From NCBI GenBank assembly GCA_964598405.1, contig CAZRBS010000002.1, positions 1-45,385 of the forward strand: 45,385 bases of DNA. The letters are read 5' to 3'. Numbering within the stretch: the stretch's first letter is position 1; the number at the start of each line of letters is the position of its first letter. Source of the DNA: an uncultured Dehalococcoidaceae bacterium. Lineage in GTDB: Bacteria > Chloroflexota > Dehalococcoidia > Dehalococcoidales > RBG-16-60-22. Positions 9,001 through 16,596 of this stretch are shown piece by piece. The notes under the pieces are model-generated. The model saw only the letters and a program-made list of their open reading frames with translations, ran no database searches and had not been told where the DNA came from. Both the position numbers and the translations under genes were made by a program.

Positions 9001-9122
9001 TGAGGGAGCAGATGCCGGAACTGATGCCAAAAGTGATGGATACCCTCATGCCGCATATGATTGGCGATGTGGTTCCCCTGGTTACCCGGCCCATGATTGA
9101 TTACCTGCGGGGCAGTGGATAG
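6039..9122 (+). CDS. Fused FAD-linked oxidase (GlcD/D-lactate dehydrogenase-like) + 4Fe-4S dicluster + two CCG (HdrD/GlcF-like) domains, with a Met/Pro-rich C-terminal extension
   Basis: The N-terminal PCMH-type FAD domain includes LVRWAAENKVPLTPRGKASTGYGGALP. Two ferredoxin-type Cys motifs follow: CSQCGYCVDEC and CTTCELCNLRC. Cys-rich CCG-type motifs are also present: CCGTP, SSCPACD, HCCGS, CPCCEF. GTG 6039 has a perfect SD AAGGAGG (6027-6033). The ATG at 5967 in the track overlaps the upstream gene and lacks an SD. Confidence 0.9.
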   Translation: MGRISAKKRAYLEQRFGSRASFSRTERKLYGHDIAAMPGIIKPLIGSTIPEAVVQPETEAELVELVRWAAENKVPLTPRGKASTGYGGALPVKRGVVVDFYRMKKILKIDSAAMTATVQAGVVFEKLDRQLEKHKLTLRLYPSSYPAATVGGWLAQGGAGIGSFEAGWFRDNVVGARVVLPDGAVRELSGTELDLVSDAEGITGLISEVTLRVQPLEDIEVAAVGCPDAGGLQQLSQALVDHKLPIWSLIFINPRMAELKNRAPLMEHHGHPAEERVLLPASYIITLSFRKKDRAAVMGKLPGIMKSCNAEMLSERIARHEWKNRFKLMIVKRLGPSLVPAEVVVPLSGLGKVLAEIENKVDQPIVKEGVVIRESFNGQPEVVILGFIPGDQRKFSYNFVFPLALTIMRIAEKHGGRPYSTGLYFSRKVLAVLGEERTSRLRAFKGKVDPKNILNPGKVLGGGAVGLAVTAAGAFEPLIRPFGNSIITRIGEAPARPVRGIPADVAWYAYSCSQCGYCVDECDQFYGRGWESQSPRGKWYWLREYMEGREKWNQFMVDTIIVCTTCELCNLRCSASLPIEPSWMKLRGQLIDEKKKMTFPPFEMMAEALRKEGDIWAGYRKDRDSWFPGDLKGKHGPGHRARAAYFAGCTASYVENDIGLASVRLLDAAGVDFTYLGERESCCGTPMLVAGKWDVFLETMKSNIGAVRESGADTVISSCPACDMMWRYFYPVWARKLGIEYGIKARHYSEVVAEKIKAGEFAFPALKDGDKPVAVTWHDSCHIGRVSGVYDPPRQLIEAIPNVKLVEMEHTRENAHCCGSVLTLIKDPAVAADVGEIRLNEALEAGAEKVLALCPCCEFQLRVSADKKKVPVEVVDLARFASSHLGYDFPDPHPEVRKQWAVFEAMIALMTPQGFADLMGTMWPELVDAMPFGMGPMMRAMGKIPGALSLMKPLFPLLFPRLLPLMMPKVMPVMLERVAERIPMPDYMREQMPELMPKVMDTLMPHMIGDVVPLVTRPMIDYLRGSG

Positions 9123-9234
9123 AAGCCGCCCGTTGTTATTCCCGGAAAACCATTGCAACTGGGGAACTGCCGTGATAAAGTGGTAGCTAGCCGGATTTCT
9201 TACGAGATTTCATTCTAAAACCTGGAGGTAGATA

Positions 9235-10878
9235 ATGACTGTCATGACCGGCGGAGAGGCTCTGGTAAAATCGCTGGCCCGGGAGGGAGTGGAAATGGTA
9301 TTCGGCCTTCCCGGAGTGCAGATAATGGGAGCGCTGGACGCTTTCTACAGCGAAAAAAGCATCCGCTGGATATCAGTCCGCCATGAGCAGACGACGGCCT
9401 ACATGGCTTTTGGCTATGCCCGCACCACGGGTAAAGCCGGGGTAGCCATGGTGGTGCCCGGCCCGGGGGCTCTTAACACGACGGCTGCCATAGGCACTGC
9501 CTTTGCCACCTCCACTCCCATCCTTTTAATCTCCGGGCAGGTGGAGAGCTACAATCTGGGCAAGCAGCATGGTGCCCTTCATGAGATGGAAGAACAGATG
9601 GAGGTCTTCCGGCCGATTACGAAGTCATGCAGCCGGGCTATGACGGTGGGTGAGATTCCGGACGCCGTGCGTCAGGCGATGTACCATTTGAGGACGGGCA
9701 GACCGCGTCCGGTGGAGCTGGAGATTCCCTGGGATACCATGGATGGCTCGGGTGAGGTGGAAATAGCTGACTCCAGGCAGGTGCCTGTGACTGAACCGGA
9801 ACCGGACCGGGTCCGGGAAGCAGCGCAGCTGCTGGCTTCCGCGCGCAAGCCGGTTATTCTGGCTGGAGGGGGCGTTATTAACTCCGGCGCCTGGAAAGAA
9901 CTGACACAGCTTGCGGAGCAGCTCAATGCCCCCGTAATTACGAGCTCGGAAGGTAAAGGGGCTATCGGGGAGAACCATCCTCTATCGCTCGGTGCCGCCT
10001 ACTACAACTTCGGTCCCAGTCAGATGGCGCTGCCCCGCGCTGACGTGGTGCTGGCGGTGGGCAGCCGACTTTATATCATAGTTCCGTCGATTCTGCAATT
10101 TCAAAAGGGCCAGAAGCTGATTCAGATTGACGTGGATGAAGAGGAAATAGGCAGGAATCAGACGGTGCATCTGGGAATAACCTCTGACGCCCGTGCTGCC
10201 CTCAGCTCGCTGCTGAAAGAACTGCCGGAAAAGAGTAAAAGCACCTGGCGGGGAGAAGAGATAGAGGAGATAAGGAGGGCGGTTATGGAGGAAATGGAGG
10301 AAGCAGCTCCTCTTCAGCTCTCCGTCTTGCGGACAATCCGCGGTGAACTGGAAGAAGATGCCATCCTGGTACCCGGGCATACCAATACCGGTTACTGGAG
10401 TTACCTCGCCTATCCGGTGTGGCGCCCCCTGACGTATCTTACCCCTTCTTACTTTGCCACCCTCGGTTACGGCTTTCCCACCGCCCTGGGGGCGAAGGCG
10501 GGGAACCCGCGAAAGCAGGTGGTGGTCTTGAGCGGTGACGGCGGCTTCATGTACGCCCTCCCCGAACTGGCCACGGCGGTGCAGGAAGGGTTGAATGTGG
10601 TGGTTCTTCTCTTCGTGGACGGGGCATTTGGCGCTTCCCTGCATGATCAGCAGAACCGCTTTAAGGGCAGGGTTATCGGTACCCGCTTTCATAATCCTGA
10701 TTTCGCCCGCCTGGCGGAGACCTTCGGTGCCCGCGGGGTGAAGCTGTCCGGCCCTGAGGGTTTGAGAGAGGCGTTGCGGGCGGCGCTGAAGGAGAAACGG
10801 CCAACCGTGGTGGAAATTCCGGTGCCCACTTTAGCGGCACCCTTTGGGGTGAAGTCAAAGACATCCTCAAGCAGGTAA
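9235..10878 (+). CDS. Thiamine-diphosphate-dependent enzyme (acetolactate synthase large subunit / sulfoacetaldehyde acetyltransferase / benzoylformate decarboxylase superfamily)
   Basis: The N-terminal Pyr domain (GGEALVKSLAREGVEMVFGLPG...RHEQTAAYMA) and C-terminal PP domain (GDGGFMY...N) are present. An SD GGAGG lies upstream. Substrate specificity cannot be read from the sequence by eye. Confidence 0.85.
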   Translation: MTVMTGGEALVKSLAREGVEMVFGLPGVQIMGALDAFYSEKSIRWISVRHEQTTAYMAFGYARTTGKAGVAMVVPGPGALNTTAAIGTAFATSTPILLISGQVESYNLGKQHGALHEMEEQMEVFRPITKSCSRAMTVGEIPDAVRQAMYHLRTGRPRPVELEIPWDTMDGSGEVEIADSRQVPVTEPEPDRVREAAQLLASARKPVILAGGGVINSGAWKELTQLAEQLNAPVITSSEGKGAIGENHPLSLGAAYYNFGPSQMALPRADVVLAVGSRLYIIVPSILQFQKGQKLIQIDVDEEEIGRNQTVHLGITSDARAALSSLLKELPEKSKSTWRGEEIEEIRRAVMEEMEEAAPLQLSVLRTIRGELEEDAILVPGHTNTGYWSYLAYPVWRPLTYLTPSYFATLGYGFPTALGAKAGNPRKQVVVLSGDGGFMYALPELATAVQEGLNVVVLLFVDGAFGASLHDQQNRFKGRVIGTRFHNPDFARLAETFGARGVKLSGPEGLREALRAALKEKRPTVVEIPVPTLAAPFGVKSKTSSSR

Positions 10879-10911
10879 ACCGCCTGGAAGAGGGAAGCAG
10901 GAGCGGAGCTA

Positions 10912-12012
10912 ATGGTTGCTCGAAATAACCGTCCCAGGGCAAGGGAAACAGGTATTGATATCGGCGTCCTGCCGCCCGGACGGCTCAATTCCATTACCGA
11001 TGTCCCCGGTGTCAGAGTCGGCCACGTTTCCCTGGTCCGGGGTGAAGGCAGGCTTGTACGCGGGAAAGGTCCGGTTCGGACCGGAGTTACCGCAATCCTG
11101 CCCCACGGCGGCAATTTATTCACGGAAAAAGTGTGCGCGGCGGTGCATGTCATTAACGGGTTCGGAAAGTCGGTGGGCCTGGTGCAGGTAATGGAGGTGG
11201 GCAGGATTGAAACGCCGGTCATGCTGACCAACACTTTCAGTGTCTGGACGGTTGCCGATGCTCTGGTTGATTACATGTCGGAGCAGAACCCGGGGATATA
11301 CTCCATCAACCCGGTGGTGGGGGAATGTAATGACAGCGCCCTTAATGATATTCTGGGCAGGCATGTGAGGCGGGAGCATGTGTGGCAGGCGTTGCGGGAT
11401 GCCAGTACAGAGAATATTGAGGAAGGTAATGTGGGGGCGGGGGTTGGTATGACCGGATTTGAATGGAAGGGCGGCATTGGCACGGCGTCCCGCCTGCTTC
11501 TTGAGGATTTAAAGGACTTTACCCTGGGCGCCCTGGTCCTGAACAATACCGGCCGGGCGTCCGATTTGCGTATCAACGGGATTCCGGTTGGAAACGAGCT
11601 GGCCCCGGACTCGCCTTCCATAATGGAGGGCATAGATGGCTCCATCATGCTCGTCATAGCCACCGACGCTCCCCTTTCAGCGAGGCAGCTGGGCAGAGTT
11701 GCCAGGCGGGGTGCTTTTGGCCTGGCGCGGACCGGTCTGACGGCTTCGCACAGCAGCGGCGACTTTGTCATCGCCTTTTCCACGGGCAGTCTTGCGTCTT
11801 TATCAGCCAAATCACCGCCAGGCCCGGATGAATTTATCCCGGAGCCGCGTTTGTCCGCCTTCTTTCGGGCTGCGATTGAGGCCATAGAAGAAGCCATTAT
11901 CAATTCGCTACTTAGAGCGGAGACGATGACGGGGCGGGACGGGATAACCCGTACCGGGATACCTGTTGAGCGGGTGAAGACAATAGTGGCAAAATATGGG
12001 AGAAGCGCTTGA
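10912..12012 (+). CDS. P1/S58-family peptidase (DmpA/BapA-type L-aminopeptidase/D-esterase-like)
   Basis: NSITDVPGVRVGHVSL...TGVTAIL... and the GxxGS/T-type self-processing region (GECNDS...GAGVGMTG..KGGIGTAS) are typical of the DmpA/ornithine acetyltransferase fold. The SD GGAGCGGAG precedes the ATG. Confidence 0.8.
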   Translation: MVARNNRPRARETGIDIGVLPPGRLNSITDVPGVRVGHVSLVRGEGRLVRGKGPVRTGVTAILPHGGNLFTEKVCAAVHVINGFGKSVGLVQVMEVGRIETPVMLTNTFSVWTVADALVDYMSEQNPGIYSINPVVGECNDSALNDILGRHVRREHVWQALRDASTENIEEGNVGAGVGMTGFEWKGGIGTASRLLLEDLKDFTLGALVLNNTGRASDLRINGIPVGNELAPDSPSIMEGIDGSIMLVIATDAPLSARQLGRVARRGAFGLARTGLTASHSSGDFVIAFSTGSLASLSAKSPPGPDEFIPEPRLSAFFRAAIEAIEEAIINSLLRAETMTGRDGITRTGIPVERVKTIVAKYGRSA

Positions 12013-12257
12013 TTCCGGCGACCCAAGGAGGAGGGCGACTCTGCGGAGGACGTTCTAATTCGAGGAATACGCCGGTTCTCCCCAGACCGGAATAATTTGT
12101 GCTATAATTCATCATCTGTGAGGCGGGTTAAAATTTTTATCATAAGTACTTCCTATATGCGATAGCATGTAGTAAAATACAAAAACAATCTGGAAAAGAT
12201 ACGCCTTCTGTGCTATGCTGTGATAACCGGAGAAGCAGGCTCATGCAGGAGGGATGA

Positions 12258-12872
12258 GTGGTAAAAGACACTGATAAAAACCTGGTCTGCCGCCAGTGTG
12301 GCAGGAATTTCGTGTTCTCCAGAGCTGAACAGGAGTTTTACGAGCAGAAGGGCTTCAATTTGCCCAGTCGCTGCCGGGAGTGCCGTGCAACAAGGCAGAA
12401 CGGGGCTCATAACGTTGCCTGCTCCAGGTGCGGTGCCGAGCTGGGGAAAGAGAGCCAGGCGTATTGTGAGGACTGCCTGACAAACGCCACGCTTGAGATT
12501 GAAATGAAAATCAGGAAGGGTCAGGAGGCGATAAGCGCGGCTCGAACGAAGTTGCTGGCTGCCGAGTCCGAGAAGGCGAAACTTGCCGAGTCGCTCCGGC
12601 GCAAAGAACAAGAGATGGAAGAGATGGAGCTGAAGCTGGCTGGTTTAAGTCAGGAACTGGAGAAGGCGGTTCAGTTTCATGCCGGCCTGGAGTGGCTGCA
12701 ACCCAAGCTGAACGCGATAGCGGAAAGAATGAAAAATCTGGAATATGCGCAGAGCACAATTAACGAGAGGATGCTCCAGACGATACAGGTGATGGCTGAA
12801 AGGTATGAGGACGTCAAGCTGTGGGAGGCATTCAAGCGCAGTTTGAGACAGCACCTGAAGGAGAATGCCTGA
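12258..12872 (+). CDS. Zinc-ribbon protein (CxxC-x17-CxxC motif followed by a second CxxC...CxxC) with a long C-terminal coiled coil; function unknown
   Basis: CRQCGRNFVFSRAEQEFYEQKGFNLPSRCRECR fits the CxxC-x17-CxxC domain pattern, and a second CSRCG...CEDC follows. The remaining ~130 aa are heptad-like and rich in E, K, L and A. The SD GCAGGAGGG precedes GTG 12258. Confidence 0.7.
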   Translation: MVKDTDKNLVCRQCGRNFVFSRAEQEFYEQKGFNLPSRCRECRATRQNGAHNVACSRCGAELGKESQAYCEDCLTNATLEIEMKIRKGQEAISAARTKLLAAESEKAKLAESLRRKEQEMEEMELKLAGLSQELEKAVQFHAGLEWLQPKLNAIAERMKNLEYAQSTINERMLQTIQVMAERYEDVKLWEAFKRSLRQHLKENA

Positions 12873-12907
12873 CCGGTCTTTTTGGCGGCTTGAAAGAATG
12901 GTGCTGG

Positions 12908-12938
12908 AAACAGACTTTTTCGGTCTGTTTTTCTTTTT
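12908..12938. terminator. Bidirectional intrinsic terminator between the convergent Zn-ribbon gene and otsB
   Basis: The stem AAACAGAC (12908-12915) pairs with GTCTGTTT (12923-12930) around a 7-nt loop. A T-run follows (TTTTTCTTTTT), and GGAAA on the 5' side gives a short U-rich tail for the minus-strand transcript. Confidence 0.6.
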
Positions 12939-13740
12939 ATGGTGGCAGCTCGAGCAGGCGGGAGAGGAAGTCCGATACTTCCCGGACGGAGTTCAGAAAG
13001 TAATCGGCGCTTGATTCGGGGTTTTCCTGCCCGACAAAAATGCTCCAGCCCTGCGGACGGTGCAGGATGCGGAAGGCATCCTCATCGGTGGTGTCATCTC
13101 CGAGGTAGATGGTGAGCAGCCGCTCACAGTTAAGAACTCTTTCTATTTCCCTCCTTATGGTCTCGACGGCTTTTCCCTTGTGCCAGTCTATCGGCGGTCT
13201 GATTTCCCAGACCTTCTTCCCCGAGGTAACCCTGATTCTTCCTTCCTCAAGCAAGGGAGAGGTAATCTGTTGAAATACGCTGGCGACTATCTTTTCTTCA
13301 CTTTGCCTGACCAGGCGGTAGTGAACGCTCAGGCTCAAGCCCTTGTTTTCCACAATAACCCCTTCCGTGCCGCTTAACCTGGTCGAAAGTTGCCCGGCGA
13401 GCTCTTTAACCGTAGCCCGGGCTGTTTCTGCGGCGGGGTTGGTGAAGCTGAGCCCCGGACCTGCTATTTCCAGCCCGTGGTTTCCAGCGTAGTAAATCCC
13501 TTCCAGCTTTACCATGGCTTTGATTTCGGAGAGGGAACGTCCACTGACGATTCCCACACTGAAGCCGGGCCTATCCGTGACGGCACGGAGCTTGTCTCTG
13601 ACCCCGGGCGAAAGTACCGCTTCTTCCGGGCGGTTGACTATCGGTGTCAGGGTGCCATCGTAGTCCGAGAGCAGCAGAACGTGAGGAGCGGCTCCGACAT
13701 CAGATGAGAAATATTCCCATGCCTTGAAGAGATGGTGCAC
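12937..13740 (-). CDS. otsB: Trehalose-6-phosphate phosphatase
   Basis: The HAD motif LLLSDYDGTLTPIV and TPP-family motifs (GNHGLE, DDTTDEDAF) are present. Its GTG start overlaps the otsA stop (TAGTG), suggesting translational coupling. Confidence 0.85.
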   Translation of the reverse strand: MHHLFKAWEYFSSDVGAAPHVLLLSDYDGTLTPIVNRPEEAVLSPGVRDKLRAVTDRPGFSVGIVSGRSLSEIKAMVKLEGIYYAGNHGLEIAGPGLSFTNPAAETARATVKELAGQLSTRLSGTEGVIVENKGLSLSVHYRLVRQSEEKIVASVFQQITSPLLEEGRIRVTSGKKVWEIRPPIDWHKGKAVETIRREIERVLNCERLLTIYLGDDTTDEDAFRILHRPQGWSIFVGQENPESSADYFLNSVREVSDFLSRLLELPP

Positions 13741-15224
13741 TAGACCCCCGCAATCGAGATGAGTTCGAGGACGGTGGAGGCTCCCCAGCGGTAAATATTA
13801 TTGCTGGCCACCGTTTCCCGCATTATCTTCATCCGCCGCCGCCTCTCCGCCTGTGGCATTTCCAGGGCTTCTCTTATCTTCCGGGCAAATTCGCCGATGT
13901 CGTAGGGGTTGATGAGGAGGGCTTCCGGCATTTCCGCGGCGGCGCCGGTGAACTGGCTCAGGATTAAGACACCGTCTCCGTCAGTCCGTGAGGAGACGAA
14001 CTCTTTGGCTACCAGGTTCATGCCGTCGTGCAGGGAGCTGACCACGCAGAAGTTTGCCAGCCGGCGCAGGGCGGACAGCGTGGTGGGAGAGAGTTGCCTG
14101 GTCATCATGATAACGGGCTTCCATGAGGCATCGCCGTATTTCTCGTTCAGGCTAACTGCCAGGTTCTCAATCTCCCGGTCGAGGCTCTGGTAGCTCTCAA
14201 TCTGGGTCCGGCTGGGCATGCCCGCCTGAATGAAGACCACCTTGCCGCGATAAGAAGGGTAGTCCGCGAAGAGTCTGTCCAGCGCCTGTAGTCTTTGCGG
14301 TATCCCTTTGGTGTAGTCTATCCGGTCCATGCCGAGTCCGACCAGTTTCCCTTTCAAATCCAGCTCGCGGCGGAGGTTTTCCATTTCCTTTTCTACTTCT
14401 TTGATACCCGCGTTCCGCGAGATGCTGTCGAAGTCGACGCTTATCGGGAAAGGCTGCACCCGGGAGGTTTTACCGCGGTAGCTTACGGCGAACTCGTTCC
14501 GGTCTATTCTGGCTTCCAGGGTGCGCTCGATTGTTTCCAGAAAATTGTTGCAGAATGACCGGACATGAAAGCCGAGCAAATCGTTGCCCAGCAATCCGTC
14601 CAGTATCTCCTCCTGCCAGGGGCATGTGCGGAATATTTCGTGGGTTGGCCAGGGGATATGCCAGAACTGACCCACGGTTATGCCGGGGTTCTGTTTCTTA
14701 ATCAGGCGGGAGAGCAGGGCAAAGTGATAGTCCTGCACCAGGACCACCGCCTTGCGGCTGCCCACTTCCCGGATAACCGCATCGGCGAAAATCCGGTTCA
14801 CCTTCCTGTAGGTGTTCCAGTCCGATTCTCTGAAGATGGGGGGAGTGAAGGTAACGTGGCATAACGGCCACAGCGCCTCGTTGGCAAAGCCGAGGTAGAA
14901 ACCCTTGACCTGTCCTTCGGTCAGCCACACGCGGCGCAGGGTGTACTCCGGGTTTTCCGGGGGCACCGCCACCCGGTCATGGGAATCAACGACTTCCCGG
15001 TCGGCGTTTCCGGTGCCCTGGGCGACCCAGGTTCCTCCCGAGGCGCGCATCACCGGGTCAAGAGCCTCGGTAAGTCCGCTGACGGGGCGGTTGCATTTGA
15101 CCTCACCATCGGAGAAGCTGTGAATATAGGGTTCCCGGTTGGAGACCACCATGAACAGGTAGTCGCCCAGTTTCTCCCGCACCAGCCGGTAGAGGCTATC
15201 TCTGTCCCATCTGAAAGCTGCCAT
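13740..15224 (-). CDS. otsA: Alpha,alpha-trehalose-phosphate synthase (GT20)
   Basis: GT20 hallmarks are present: FANEALWPLCH, VQDYHF, IGFH, and DGMNLVAKEF in the C-terminal Rossmann half. Confidence 0.9.
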   Translation of the reverse strand: MAAFRWDRDSLYRLVREKLGDYLFMVVSNREPYIHSFSDGEVKCNRPVSGLTEALDPVMRASGGTWVAQGTGNADREVVDSHDRVAVPPENPEYTLRRVWLTEGQVKGFYLGFANEALWPLCHVTFTPPIFRESDWNTYRKVNRIFADAVIREVGSRKAVVLVQDYHFALLSRLIKKQNPGITVGQFWHIPWPTHEIFRTCPWQEEILDGLLGNDLLGFHVRSFCNNFLETIERTLEARIDRNEFAVSYRGKTSRVQPFPISVDFDSISRNAGIKEVEKEMENLRRELDLKGKLVGLGMDRIDYTKGIPQRLQALDRLFADYPSYRGKVVFIQAGMPSRTQIESYQSLDREIENLAVSLNEKYGDASWKPVIMMTRQLSPTTLSALRRLANFCVVSSLHDGMNLVAKEFVSSRTDGDGVLILSQFTGAAAEMPEALLINPYDIGEFARKIREALEMPQAERRRRMKIMRETVASNNIYRWGASTVLELISIAGV

Positions 15225-15405
15225 TCTGTATCCCTGCCTGGTCTGGTATTTGAGCTTGACGTTCTAAATGTAACCAAAGTAGTCATCAGGTGTCAAGCTG
15301 GTGGTTTTATTTGCATTACTTCTTTCATCAACGGTACCCTTTATTAAGAAAGATATAATGTGCCGATAAGTGATAACGCCTGTGTTGCTTTGGTACTTTG
15401 ATGTC

Positions 15406-15434
15406 TTGACAATTATGTAAATACTCACTAAAAT
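15406..15434 (+). promoter_or_regulatory. Candidate sigma70 promoter for hicB (TTGACA-17-TAAAAT)
   Basis: TTGACA lies at 15406-15411, followed by exactly 17 nt and TAAAAT at 15429-15434. This is ~33 nt upstream of the hicB ATG, which has the SD GGAGCGGAG. Confidence 0.5.
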
Positions 15435-15467
15435 TCCCATGTAATAAGCTCACGGAGCGGAGTGTAG

Positions 15468-15779
15468 ATGTCTGGTTATGTTCGCCTTACCTGCAAATAT
15501 CACAAAGAGGGTCGTAGATGGGTAGCCTTTTGTGAGGAGTTAGGAACGTCTACCTTTGGTCGTACACTTGACGAAGCAGAACGCAGGCTTGAGGAAGCTA
15601 TAACACTGCACCTTAATACTCTTGAGGATGTCGGGGAGAGAGAGCGCTTTTTCAGCGAAAATAATATTGTCTTCCATCGCACGAGACCGACAGGCGCAGT
15701 CACTGTACAAGTACCCTCTAACAGTGATTATTTTGTAAGGTCGTGCGTCTGGCCGCTTCGGGAGTTGGCGACTGCCTAG
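15468..15779 (+). CDS. hicB: HicB-family (UPF0150-like) antitoxin
   Basis: The HicB N-terminal fold signature is YHKEGRRWVAFCEELGTSTFGRTLDEAERRLEEAITLHL. A HicA-like frame lies immediately downstream. Confidence 0.75.
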   Translation: MSGYVRLTCKYHKEGRRWVAFCEELGTSTFGRTLDEAERRLEEAITLHLNTLEDVGERERFFSENNIVFHRTRPTGAVTVQVPSNSDYFVRSCVWPLRELATA

Positions 15780-15789
15780 ATACACACAA

Positions 15790-16032
15790 ATACCAGCCAT
15801 TACTGGCAAGCAACTAATAAAACTACTCCAGAAAGATGGCTGGCAAATAAACCGCAGAGCTACTCACGGACTTTCCTTAACAAAGATAACACACCAAAGA
15901 ACACTGGTTACCGTTGTCCCAAATACAAGAGCTTCACTACCAATGGGCACTCTTAATAAGATATTGGGGCCTCAGCAAACCAAACTCGGTAAGAATGGGC
16001 TACTTCTCATCATCAACAGATATGGCCTGTAA
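15790..16032 (+). pseudogene. hicA: HicA-family mRNA-interferase toxin frame without a canonical start codon (ATA where ATG is expected)
   Basis: Hand translation gives IPAITGKQLIKLLQKDGWQINRRATHGLSLTKITHQRTLVTVVPNTRASLPMGTLNKILGPQQTKLGKNGLLLIINRYGL*. This fits the HicA/YcfA pattern (..SGKELIKaLek.GW...rq.GSH..l....t.vP.h...l..GTL..IL.q.g). The frame opens after the TAA at 15736, with no ATG/GTG/TTG before the conserved N-terminus. The position where family members usually have Met-Pro reads ATA-CCA. The frame is absent from the ORF track for this reason. Confidence 0.6.
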
Positions 16033-16170
16033 ATACACTTCGGCATCAGGTGAAGTTCAATCAGGGTTGATTAACCTCAACCGCTTGATTCATCTGCGAC
16101 GGTTTCTCTAGCAAATGGGCTAAGACACCATATTACGGCAGATATAGCTACACCAATCCATAACCCATTT

Positions 16171-16596
16171 TCACCGCCCAAATAGTAACCACATATTAGT
16201 GATGCAATATTCAAGAGTTGTTATAAAGGTAATAATTGGATTGTATTTAGTATATGTCCGTTTATGCTTTCTCTCTAAAACATCCAAGTGCTTCCAAGCT
16301 TCAATAACCACACTTTCTTTTTCGTGCGCCCCAGAATAAATACGAATCACTAAATACAGCGCCATCCAAGCAAAGAATATCAAACCTAATGGCGCCCATA
16401 TATAGAGATAAAGAATAGAAGGGACGACAACTAAAAGAATTATTGTGCTCAGTTTAAGAGCTATTATCCCCGCTTTGTAACTTAATATTGGTCTACCGAT
16501 GAACAGGCGTATCAACCATTCCACTGGATCAAGAACTGGGGAAATATACCATAGATTAGACTTGGCAAGGTGACTAAAAAGAATAATATAAAACAA
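16171..16596 (-). CDS. Hypothetical membrane protein (low-GC); start, end and integrity uncertain
   Basis: The track ORF has a TTG start and 2-3 hydrophobic helices (IIALKLSTIILLVVVPSILYLYIWAPLGLIFFAWMALYLVI). I recognise no family. It is flanked by overlapping TM-encoding ORFs in other frames (see findings). Confidence 0.45.
   Translation of the reverse strand: MFYIILFSHLAKSNLWYISPVLDPVEWLIRLFIGRPILSYKAGIIALKLSTIILLVVVPSILYLYIWAPLGLIFFAWMALYLVIRIYSGAHEKESVVIEAWKHLDVLERKHKRTYTKYNPIITFITTLEYCITNMWLLFGR

Noticed and set aside
15914-16111. A 65-aa plus-strand track ORF in the low-GC islet.
   Set aside because: It is out of frame with, and overlaps, the HicA-like frame (15790..16032), which has clear family similarity. 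This ORF has none.
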